Of a stretch of DNA of 64,000 nucleotides, positions 14,356-25,966 are shown piece after piece (positions within the stretch are counted from its first letter, which is position 1; each line of letters starts with the position of its first letter). A program made the position numbers and the translations under genes. The DNA is from Antedon mediterranea. Its lineage: Eukaryota > Animalia > Echinodermata. Below the pieces are notes generated by a model, which saw only the letters and a list, made by a program, of their open reading frames with translations, was not told the DNA's origin and did no database searches. The DNA lies in the NCBI RefSeq assembly GCF_964355755.1, contig NC_092680.1, positions 20,531,045 through 20,595,044 on the forward strand, written 5' to 3'.

Positions 14356-14360
<5 letters not shown>

Positions 14361-14414
<54 letters not shown>
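14361..14414. repeat. (TA)27 microsatellite in the putative GPCR 5' UTR
   Basis: Perfect TA run ending 48 nt upstream of the ATG at 14463, downstream of a candidate splice acceptor (ttttcgcag, 14242). Confidence 0.95.
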
Positions 14415-14417
<3 letters not shown>

Positions 14418-14462
14418 GTACCTGTAAATATTATACAAAAATTAATAAAATGAAACAAAATA

Positions 14463-17400
14463 ATGGAAGTTCTTTTCTCTACAGAATATTATTATTATTA
14501 TGATAATTACTCAACGATCAGTGATGAGTACTTAGCTGACATCATGGACACTGTGAGACAGAAAGTACATCCTGGACCTTTTGAATGGATGATAATCTCC
14601 TCATACATCATCGTGTTTCTGTTTTCAATCATTGGTAACAGTTTAGTTTGCATCACCGTATTGCAAAATGAACAAATGCGTACAGTAACCAATATGTACA
14701 TTGTGAACCTGAGTATTGCCGATATACTCGTTACTGTGTTATGCGTACCCTGGACAGTTACATATGAGGTTACTCATACGTGGTTCTTTGGAGCTACCGC
14801 TTGTTCGATTATATCGTATATTCAGGTGGGTGGTTGCTGATATTTAAAATAATAATATAATAGGAAGAAATTTGAAATCACATCTACAGATAGAAAACAT
14901 AAAAACACATTTGGCACCCAAACCTTACCGATGAACATACCAATGCTATTGAAAGAGTACAAAAACGTGCGTGTCGAATCATCTTAGGTCACAATTATGT
15001 CTCATATGAAGCAGCTTGTTTGATTTTAAACCCCTTAAGGAACGAAGAACCGAATTATGTATTAATTTTGGTACTTCTTTACTTAACTCTAAATTTAAAG
15101 AATGGTTACCGCCCCTAAGAGAAGAAACCCATAAGTACAATTTAAGAAATAGGAAACACCATACGATTCCCAGTGCCAAAACAGAACGATACAAACGTAG
15201 CCCCATTCCCTACCTCGTAAATATTTTAAATAACCGGGACTAATGCAATTTACTACAATTCATGTTCGCGGGGCAATATTATTTTATTCAATATCAGACA
15301 GTTCTAAATTTCAGTTTTAATAATTGTTTTTTAATATAATGTATATTTTAAATTGTAATTGTATGTTGTTGATTAATGGAGATGTTTATTTTAATGTTAC
15401 TCTCAACGCCACAACATCGAGATCATTCGATCTCAACGCCACAACATCGAGATCATTCACTCTCAACACCACAACATTGAGATCATTCACTCTCAACGCC
15501 ACAACATTGAGATCATTCACTCTCAACGCCACAACATTGAGATCATTCACTCTCAACGCCACAACATTGAGATCATTCACTCTCAACGCCACAACATTGA
15601 GATCACACACTCTCAACGCCACAACATCGAGATCATACACTCTCAACGCCACAACATTGAGATCATTCACTCTCAACGCCACAACATTGAGATCATTCAC
15701 TCTCAACGCCACAACATTGAGATCATTTACTCTCAACGCCACAACATTGAGATCATTCACTCTCAACGCCACAACATCAAGATCATTCACTCTCAACGCC
15801 ACAACATTGAGATCATTCACTCTCAACGCCACAACATCGAGATCATTCACTCTCAACGCCACAACATTGAGATCATTCACTCTCAACGCCACAACATTGT
15901 AATCATTCACTCTCAACGCCACAACATTGAGATCATTCACTCTCAACACCACAACATTGAGATCCTTCACTCTCAACGCCACAACATCGAGATCATTCAC
16001 TCTCAACTCCACAACATCGAGATCATTCACTCTCAACGCCACAACATCGAGATCATTCACTCTCAACGCCACAACATCGAGATCATTCACTCTCAACGCC
16101 ACAACATTGAGATCATTTACTCTCAACGCCACAACATTGTGATCATTCACTCTCAACGCCACAACATTGAGATCATTCACTCTCAACACCACAACATTGA
16201 GATCCTTCACTCTCAACGCCACAACATCGAGATCATTCACTCTCAACGCCACAACATTGAGATCATTCACTCTCAACGCCACAACATTGAGATCATTCAC
16301 TCTCAACGCCACAACATCGTGATCATTCACTCTCAACACCACAACATTGAGATCATTCACTCTCAACGCCACAACATGCATGGAGATTCACCCTTAACTC
16401 TTACTCTAAATGTATTTTCAACCGCTCGGAAACATACATAATAATTAGGAGCTCATGAATTAGCTAAATATCAACCCCTCTCAACATCATGACATAATGT
16501 TTGCGATCAAACTTCTTTATTATTAAATGTCACTATCTTTAATTATATTTACAGCTTGTTTGTGTTGGTGTGTCTATCTTTACGCTAACGTTCATTGCTC
16601 TAGACCGATATCTTGCTATCTGCTGCCCATTCAAGTACAAGATCAATCGGTCTAGGACCGTTGTCCTTATAGCTATAGCCTGGATGTTGGCAATAATTAT
16701 TGCCTTGCCCGTCTACTTTGTTCATGAAATTGAAGAAGATTCTTTAAAAAGATACCACGAGAAGGTTTGGTTGACTACGTGTGGTGAGGTAATTATACAA
16801 TTTACGATATCCAAAAAAAATGACAACTTTGCCTCAAAATTAAATGTGGGATACAGCTAAAGAGAAAAAAAAATAATGACTAGCACACCAGGTTTTTTAT
16901 ACGCCAGGCATCATCCATTTTTAAGTACATTGACTCTACTAAAGGGAACAAAAGAGATATTGTTTTTACTTAAATTACGGGCGGGAACATGATCTATTAT
17001 ATAAAATTATAATAATTTTATTTATGGTTTCGGCAATATAGAAATTGCCATATGCCTAATGTATACTATATCATTGATATTTGGTACAGAAATGGAGTAA
17101 CGAAACACTACGGAAGCTGTATCACATTGGACTAGTACTGGAATTATATATTGTTCCATTGTTTATCATAACATTAGCGTACACCAAGGTGTGTCGTACG
17201 CTGTGGTCAGGGATACCGACTGAGGAGAAAACATCTGGTAAAATGTAAGTAAGTGCAGTAAGGTTGTACAAATATCACGATCTAATCTCTACATTTCATC
17301 ACAGAGTGTGTAATAAGTCTGAAATTCTCTATACGCCCCCTCACGGTCAGTATTTGTTCAGGGCCTGCCATATCACCTTCCATTGAGACTGAACGTGCAT

Positions 17401-20215
17401 GTCAGCCAAACCGTAATAGATAATATATAGCATGCCTATCATAACGCCCCCGGCATACCCCACCCCACTAACCAAACCCTAATCTAATGGTAGGGCGTCT
17501 GACAAGAAGGATTTCGAATCTTGTCTGTGCGGCTTTTCCTGATTTTTTCCGTTTAAAGATGAATTCATTAATTTTTATTGTAGAATGTTTTCTATCCCTA
17601 TAAATTTAAATAAGTTTAGATATATTTTGTTCATTGTTCCTAAAACGTTTGTGTTTTGTTTACTTTCTTTTACTTTAACTTATTTTCTTTTAGGCCTGAC
17701 AAGAAAATACGTACTTCTTCTACCAGTGCGGCCCAAACACAGACAGAGAATCGAAAGAAAGTGGCCCGGATGTTGATAGTCGTTGTTGTCCTTTTCGCAT
17801 TGTGTTATTTTATGACACATGTTATGAACCTTCTTAAGTAAGTATGGAGTTCTATTTCCGACGACCTACAGTAACATCTACGACGACCTACAGTAACACC
17901 TACGACGCCCCACAGTAACATCTACGATGACCTACAGTAACATCTACGACGACCTACAGTAACACCTACGACCTACAGTAACATCTACGACGACCTACAG
18001 TAACATCTACGACGACCTACAGTAACACCTACGACGCCCCACAGTAACATCTACGATGACCTACAGTAACATCTACGACGACCTACAGTAACACCTACGA
18101 CCTACAGTAACATCTACGACGACCTACAGTAACATCTATGACGATCTACAGTACGGTAACATATACGACGACCTACAGTAACATCTACGAGGACATACAG
18201 TAACATCTACGACGACCTACAGTAACATAATACGACTATGCATTTATTGTGTTGCGACTGGACCTAGAAGTCTAAGACTGTATCGAGGAATCGAATGAGG
18301 AAGCACATCTCGATGTCCCTGTGCGCGTGTGCACAATAAGTTAATTACTATTACCGAAATCGAAAGCTAATATTAAGGATTCTAAATCTCATCTTTAGTG
18401 ATAAAAGTGTATCATTGGCAATAATTTAACGGTCTAAAAAAGAAATTCTCAAAGCTAATTAACACCATACAGTAGGTCCATAATGACACTCATTCACACG
18501 TGGAGTTTTGTTATATAATTCGATTTCACTCTAATGATAAACCAAACGTGATGTAAAATAGTATTGTGATGGTGCTAGTTACAATATCTGTTATGCGTGA
18601 TTAATTAATGAATGACGTAATGCATAAACGGGGATAAATAGAGAACAGATTTGTACTCATGGTACGAGAGAATTGTAGTATATTATTCCTTTTTATTTTG
18701 ATATTAGACTCTTTGGCGTTTTTGATGACTTTAACCTGTTCGACGACAGTGACATCCAATTGATGCTATTACTGAACACAGTCACTCACTGGTTTATGTA
18801 TTTTAACAGTGCCGTCAACCCGATTATCTACAATTTCTTAAGCGGTAAGCAGGATTATTAATAATTGTACATCTCTAATTTAGAGTCAAATTATGTCAGT
18901 ATCGGCTGATATAGGCCTATAGGGTATTGGAAAAGAGGTGATACTGCACCAACGACTGCACAGACTATGGGGGCGCTTTACCCAATTTCTCGATCCGAAA
19001 GAAGTGCCCTTTCCCGTAGTTTGATACGCGCGCGCGTAAACCAAAAAATGAAATTATTCAGATAACAGTTTACTTTTTTATTATGTAAACACATTCTAAT
19101 ATTTTGTTATTGTAAACACAACAGAGAAATGAAGCAACTCATGAAAGGCCGAAGTTCAAAAAGTTCATTTTTATGAAATATGATCAATGATTTTAAAAAG
19201 GAAGCAATTTATGATACAACTTTAATCGTATTGTCGATTGTTGATTTCCCTTTGAAATCTATGTAATTAATCGTATACAAATGATTCGATCTGTACACGT
19301 GTATCGGTCCACTTATTTCATCTCCGGAATTAAATATTTCGTCTTGCATAACCGGAAGTAATTACCTGTAACTAATGGCGAATGTAATTTTCTTTTTTTT
19401 TGTCAAAACAATGTTGATGTATCGTATGATGTTAATTATATTTTGTTTAAGAAATCAAAACAAGTATCTTCCTAAAACAAATGATGAAAAAAGAAATGCA
19501 CGTCAGAGTCAATTCATGTGTTATAATATTTTTGGTCAGATGTTTTGCTTACTCTGACTTTTGCTAAGTTTATTTCGAGAATACTGGCGGAAAGTCTCGG
19601 ACGGGACCACCGTAGCATAAAGTACAATTACGTCATAGTAGACCAAAACATCTGACCAATTAGCTCCCTGACGCAAAGCTCTTAAGAAGTAGTTAAAGAT
19701 GTATTGTCCCCCAATAACATGAAAAATGAAGATTAATTAAATCAGACTTTGAATAGGTTATTTTGTAGTTTTAATAAAGTTAATCACTTCTGAAGAAAAA
19801 AAACGAAAACAAATCATGTTTTTACTTATGAAATAACATAATAAATGTTTAAATTCAACCAAAAATCCAATCTAAAACTTTTTTCTCGATCCAATTTTTG
19901 GTCGAAGTAAATAATATTATATGACAATAAAATGGCATATTCAACAAAACAAATTAAAAAACAATTTTTTTTAGGGAGACAATACATCTTTAAGTATAAA
20001 ATTTAGCCTATTTTATTAAATATTTTACAGCCAAGTTCAGGGAAGAGTTCAAAGCACTATGTTTATGCTGTTGTAGACGAAGTCAAAAGAAGCGACAGGA
20101 CATGTTATCAGATCCAGGCAGAACTACGGAATACATGGGTATGTCCTGCAAGAAATCTAGCGCACTTGAAAGTCGACGAACGCACAATTCGTATACGGCC
20201 GTACAGACAGTTTAA
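14463..20215 (+). CDS. HCRTR2: Orexin/allatotropin receptor-like class A GPCR (405 aa, 6 coding exons)
   Basis: Exons 14463-14825, 16555-16788, 17090-17244, 17694-17837, 18708-18844 and 20031-20215 are all GT-AG and phase-consistent (1218 nt). Motifs GNSLVC, MRTVTNMYIVNLSIADILV, TWFFG..C, IALDRY, RKKVARML and HWFMYFNSAVNPIIYNFLSAKFREEFKA closely follow vertebrate orexin receptors. The symbol denotes the family, not 1:1 orthology. Confidence 0.9.
14909..15380 (+). mobile_element. 5'-truncated non-LTR retrotransposon (CR1/L2-group) 3' end in GPCR intron 1
   Basis: Translates to IWHPNLTDEHTNAIERVQKRACRIILGHNYVSYEAA, then frameshifts to KPLKERRTELCINF...YNLRN...KTERYKRSPIPYLVNILN, the typical post-RT C-terminus of this LINE group. 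Confidence 0.8.
15398..16377. repeat. 30-bp minisatellite (TCTCAACGCCACAACATTGAGATCATTCAC), ~33 copies
   Basis: Highly homogeneous tandem array in GPCR intron 1. It accounts for ORFs 15324-15902, 15386-16381, 15927-16142 and 16139-16441. Confidence 0.97.
17859..18236. repeat. 22-bp minisatellite (CGACGACCTACAGTAACATCTA) with a 129-bp higher-order duplication
   Basis: About 17 units in GPCR intron 4. The variant gccccacag recurs at 17907 and 18036. Confidence 0.92.
19697..19989. mobile_element. Kolobok-like TTAA MITE in GPCR intron 5
   Basis: TTAA|AGATGTATTGTCCC...GGAGACAATACATCT|TTAA, with the target duplication intact. Confidence 0.75.
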
Positions 20216-20724
20216 ATTTGTTTTTCCAAATTGTTTCTGTTGGTATCGAACGTCCAATCACAATGCATATTAATCTATTATGTATATTAAATCGCTAAGC
20301 CTATTGAGAAATTTAATTACTTGAGGGTTAACTGCTGGGAATATGTAAAAAAGTTTTTGCAGATTAGATTTTAGTTTACAGATAATTTTGACGTACGCGC
20401 GTATGACGTAATGTGTGCGCATCCGGCTACTCCTCCGTGGACAATTCCACCCGACATCACATAATGTATCATTTTAAAGACAGTAACATTCATGTGTTAT
20501 TGTTTTAGTTTCTCGTTCAAATGACCCAATAATTTATAATAATCTTGTAAATACGGGTAGCCATCATTCAGACTAAATTGTGTGGGTGGTGTGTACTGGA
20601 GGGGTAATATTAGCACCAAGTTCTTAATTCTTTGTTCTGTAACATTGGGAATATGCTTGGCTATGACCGTTGTATTTGCAATTATACCCTCTTATATAAT
20701 GTCTACCTCATTTTATAACGCTGT

Positions 20725-21045
20725 ATTGTTTGTTTTGTTTGTTTTATCTTTATACTGGGTGACCTCTTCAGTCAAAGACTGATCTCCCAGAGGGCCCAGT
20801 TGGTGATCAGTGGCTGTGATGTACTAGTACACCGGGGTAACCCCCTACTCGTCTCGAAAGATGTACTAGGTTCTTTAAAGTGCACACGAGCAAGTTGTGT
20901 ACACTGGACCTACGGTTTATAGTCCTTATCCGAGAAGACTCGTTCTACCACCAGAACCATGGAGTGAGTGAGCCTCGAACCCCTGCCGATGTTATGGCTA
21001 CGTGATTACGGTTCCACTGTCTTAACCGCTCGGCCACTCACTCAC
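20725..21045 (-). mobile_element. Full-length tRNA-derived SINE with Deu/Nin central domain and LINE-like tail
   Basis: On the minus strand: A box TGGCCGAGCGG, B box GGTTCGAGGCT, core GTCTTCTCGGATAAGGACTATAAACCGTAGGTCC...TAAAGAACCTAGTACATCTTTCGAGACGAGTAGGGGTTACCCCGGTGT, and an (AAAC)n tail. Partial copies lie at 5190-5340, 28755-28970 (+) and 49712-49857. Confidence 0.8.
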
Positions 21046-22921
21046 TTCTTCTTCTTCTTCTGTAGACATTGGTGCCATGAAGTATAAGAATAAAACATTA
21101 TTCATATACTTTTGTTTGTCACAAATGTTTGTCTTTTTAATCAATCATTAGATCATGGAGAATTCTCCATGCTAGGATAATCGAAGCGCCAAAGTAAAAC
21201 ACATTTGCAAATTAAAGGGTGGATCCCGTTTTTCAAACAAATGTTTTTTATAAAATAAAAACCTTTGCAACAACATTGATAATAAACCTAACAGAACACA
21301 ATAATGCATGTTTGTCGGTTGAATGAGGAGACTATTGAATGCTCATGAGTTATATTGACTATTTACACGGTTGAGCCGAGTTAAATAGGACAGGCTTCTT
21401 TCAACGAATTAAAATATTCCTCCATTCAACAAATAAAAAAACTTTAATTTTTTAATGAATTAAAAGGGTGATCTGGATAATCAAAAACGAAAATTCATTT
21501 AGTTATTAATTCTTCCAGCTCTGATTTTGGCCGCACGTATACCAGTTCATGGTTTTTGGTTGGAAGAAGTCTCCAAACCTACCCATTTCTAAAAAACTGC
21601 AGTGCAATAGAAGTAGTAATTAGCCTATTCCATTATTAACCAATACAGCGTTTATCCTCCTCGTGCAATAGAAGAACTATTATATACTGAAATTGTAATT
21701 ATAAACGATGACTAAATAAATGGTAATGAATTGAATTGAATTATAAAACATACCATATATCTATTTATCGATATTTGTTACGATTGGGATCTTTATATAG
21801 TGAGCTTAATTCACGTCCATTTATACAATATCGATTCTAATAAACGTGTTGTGTATTTAGTTTTACCTCCAATTGCTTTTTAGATTTTAATGAAAATTAC
21901 AATCGGAATAAACTTAATTGCAATATATTTTTGTAAGGATTTTTTATTATTTCTTTATTAGCAAACGCTGGATATATATAACGGCACAAACCAGTCATTA
22001 ATAATAATCTCTATAGTTGTAAATACGTTAAGTTATGTAACAGTAAGTGCTATATTTATTGAGGCGTGTTTTATTTTGTAAATAACAGAAATAAAATTAT
22101 AAACGTTAAATAATACATTTTTCGTTTCTGCTCAATGTATATTGATTGTGAACATTATGTGAGTGTTTTTAATAATTGAAACATTGTTCTCATAAGGTAT
22201 ATGTGTTGACTTTGTTAAATAAGAGCCGCGGGACGGGTATACACATAATTACTTTCTGCAGATAAACCTCTGACAGAGATAACGTACCTAGACAAGGTTT
22301 TAATTGACTGTAAATAGACAGTTAGAATCAATTTAATGACAGCTGTAGAATCAGGTGGGATTATTACGAGATTTAAGCTGAACAAACTTGCAATTGCAGT
22401 AGGTTGTTCAGTTATAGTGTTACGAACTAAAGCTCTATCTACACTATCAAACTAGTTTCACCAAAAAAAAAGTACGATATGCCCCAAAATATGGTAGTGA
22501 TATGCCTAAATGTGCTAGTGATATAATATCATCATGTTCATATATGGTCACATCCCATTTTGTTTTCACATAAAATGTGATAGTGTGGACAGAGCTTTAA
22601 GTTGTTTTAAAATGGGAAAGTGGTGCGATAAGGTTTTTGAGTGTATATATATAATTGATATTACGTGTTTCACGTCATGAATGTGTATAGTTAGTGTAAA
22701 ATGTTGTAATGTTATACGAATGTTTGTTATTTCGAAAATCACATGAATAAAGATGCTTTTTGCAGATAAAGTATGTTTTATACGAATTTTGAAAAGAAAC
22801 TTGTCTTTATTTTGGTATTGGTATAGTGGAACGGTAGACTAAAACCAGTCTTGTGGGCCTATATTTATTTTTTAAGTATAGTAAATAATGGCAAATTTTG
22901 TGATCACAGGGCCTAATGATT

Positions 22922-23050
22922 GATGTGGACGACGACGAGGACGGCGGCGACGACAAATACGAGGACGGCGACGACGATGACGGTGGCGGCAACGACGACG
23001 TGGTCGGCGGCGACGACGACGATGGTGATGATGATGATGATGATGATGAT
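22922..23050. repeat. (GAC/GGC/GAT)n trinucleotide low-complexity tract
   Basis: Directly visible. It produces spurious poly-S/H/R ORFs. Confidence 0.9.
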
Positions 23051-25640
23051 TGATTAATATGATCACACGACATTTGATTCTATTGTGATTATACATTGAA
23101 CTTCGTTAAAAATTCTCCGCATATAAAACATTTACGTTGAGCAAGTTCAATAATAAATTTATTTTCAAATGGTGGAGTCTAGTCCTCCGCTTGATATAGG
23201 AAGTCTATACTTGCTATGAGATCAATCGACGTGATTGGCCTCAACCCCACCCACCTGCCAAAAAAAAAATGAATTCATGGTCTTCAGCATTATCCATGGA
23301 TTCTCTAACCCTTTCATCACATCATCATTTATTAACTTCTAAAGCTCTGTCTACACTATCAAACTTTATGTGACAACAACAATGTGATGTGTCCATATAT
23401 GGACACGGGGATGTCACATCACTACCATATTTGGGCACATCACACTAGTTTGATAATGTAGACCGAGCAGTCGTTCCAGAACAATGTATAATATAATATC
23501 TTGCAAACGTAATGAACTACTTATATTATATTCAATACACTTTAATATTTATTTTTTTATTTATAGCACGTACAAAAAACAGTTGTTTTCAATCCGGATT
23601 AGCTTTCAAACAGCAGATGCATTTTATCACTTGGATTGTTTATATCTTAATAAAATTGAGTTACAGATTTTAAACATTTACTAGGTGCAACAGTCGGTTT
23701 CATTTGTCTCCTAAAATGACAATATAATCTAATTTACAATCACGAATGAGCCAAGCATTATTTATATGGTAACCGGTTTTACGTCAGAGCCTAACTTTGA
23801 GGATTTGTTTTGTAACAAATAAAATTATAAGATGAATGTAAATTACAGTAATCAAAATGTGTAGTAGTAAAAAAAGAACACGTGATTAATAAGAAGCGTT
23901 TTAACGAAGCAGCTTGGCAACACGACCGAACTCACACCCCTAGTATCTAAATACAAGCTCTGTGTCCACTACCAAACTCGACTACACTACGAACATTGTG
24001 ATGTGCCCAAATATAGTAGTATACTATGCCCAAATATGGTAGTGATACATGACATCATCATATTCATATATGTATTTCGTCACATAAAGTTTGATAGTGT
24101 AGACAGTGCTTAACATCGACAGCCCTCAACCAATACAGCAAGAGCTGTAAAACACGTGCCAATTCCATCCACGAACACCTATAGCACCGAACACCCATAG
24201 CACCGACGACAACTTCCTATATATACGTTTGCAATTTTTTTAAATATTATTCATACCTCTTGTGAAATATACAAAATATTCATGACATCTTCAACAGCGT
24301 CGTGTTTACTGCATTCGAAAATGCAATCAAATTCTACTAATTTAATACTATTTTGTATCTGGCTTTAATACACATGTCACTCTGTCAAATCCCATGGTAT
24401 CAACATCGATATCAATGATACTTATTAGCATCTTTAATGAATTTGTCTCCAATTTTCTTTTTGAAAATCTAGCTTCGTCGTACATAGCCTACCACTAAGT
24501 ATTAGCTTTGTTCCCACTAGGAGATCAGGGGCGAAATGTGTGTGACCGTCTTCCGTTCCGCGAAACAGAATAAAGGGTAGCTTAATTCCCACTACGACGC
24601 AACGCAACAAGGACGTAAACGCAACGCAAGCGTGTTGACCAATTACAAGCGACAATTCGAATAATCCATCGCTTGTGATTAGTCAACTCACTAATGCTTG
24701 GTTCCCACTAGAGACGTAACGCCAGGACGTAACGCAACGTAAGTGATTTGACCAATCACAAGCGATTGATTATTCAAACTGTCGGTTGTCATTGGTCAAC
24801 TTGCTTGCGTTTCGTTTACGTCCATAATACCCGGAGCTACCCGGGCTTTAACTCCAAAGGTACGGGTGCGTGTAGTGTGAATTCGGGTTTGTTTGTCCTG
24901 TCCATTTGTGTGTGTTAAAATAACTGCAATATTTTGTTGAATTTTCTGCAAATTTTTCAATGGCTGTTTTACCCTTAAACTATATAAACTTTAAACGTTT
25001 ATTTTAAACTGGTCTTTTAATAGAGGGGGGACATTTGAAGGAAAATATTGTGTCCACTCAAACCATGGTTCCTAATTAAAAGAGCATAGAGTGGTAAAAG
25101 ATAGACGATCATCCGAAGCTGTGGTACATTGGTCTTTAATTGGAGGGAATCCTGTATTTACACCAATTCCAGAATTAGAAATATCATCAACTAGTGTTAT
25201 TAACATCAGGATATTAAACATTTTTTGGCACAAATTTATTTAATCTAAATTATTCAAATCTGAAAACGTTCAAATCCGGCTCAGAATATTTTGCTAGCGG
25301 CATTCTTTAAAAATATTTCCAAAGATTTGTTTTATTTAAATAATTGATGGCGATTTATGATGTAAGATGAAGTTTAATTTCATTCTAAAATTATTTTCAA
25401 TTAATATAAATTGTAGGCTTAATATATAGTTCTGTCAAGGTGAACGTGATTTGTCGAAATGGCATCACACCGTTTTGGAGATCAAAAACGTTATATGCCT
25501 TAATAATATTGATAATAGTTCGTTCTTTGCAATATTACCCAGGTCACTTTTTGGATCAAACACGTATGGAAACATACATACTCCCATGACTTGTTTAATC
25601 GGCAGTTGAGAGAGACAAACGTAAGTAAAGTGTCTTGCCT

Positions 25641-25966
25641 AAAGCGTGGTTCTCACTAGCACGCAACGCAGCGACGTATCGACGCCAAATGCTGTATTGC
25701 GTAATCACAAGTGGGAACCGACGACACAACAGTGCTGCAAACATCGCAGGTTTGATTTCACGCAGGCGAGGGAAAACAATTATAAAGCTTGGTTCCCATT
25801 AGAACGTAACGCAAGGACGTAAACGCAACGCAAGCGTTTTAACCAATGACAAACGAAGTTATAGACAGTTAGCAATCACAAGCGAATAAGCCATCGCTTG
25901 TGATTGGTCAATTCACTTGCGTTGCGTTACGTCCTTGCGTTGCGTCGCTAGTGGGAACCACGCTTA
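25641..25966. mobile_element. MITE family B (TIR AAGCTTGGTTCCCACTAG), composite copy
   Basis: The inner ~180-bp MITE at 25785-25966 is near-identical to 55059-55240 (reverse), 59193-59370 and 59657-59839. More diverged copies lie at 5904-6050, 6675-6870, 12094-12220, 14095-14129, 24504-24825, 31680-31790, 51341-51465 and 60187-60370. Confidence 0.85.

Noticed and set aside
15324-16441. Long repetitive ORFs (TLNATTLRSF / VVALRVNDLN) and a CRISPR-like appearance
   Set aside because: They are a by-product of a 30-bp tandem repeat inside GPCR intron 1. There are no unique spacers and no cas genes, and the context is eukaryotic.
22807-23096. Poly-Ser/His/Arg ORFs
   Set aside because: Translation of a trinucleotide low-complexity tract.
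25075-25245. Short stretch open on both strands, a possible orphan exon
   Set aside because: No recognisable homology and no convincing splice sites.
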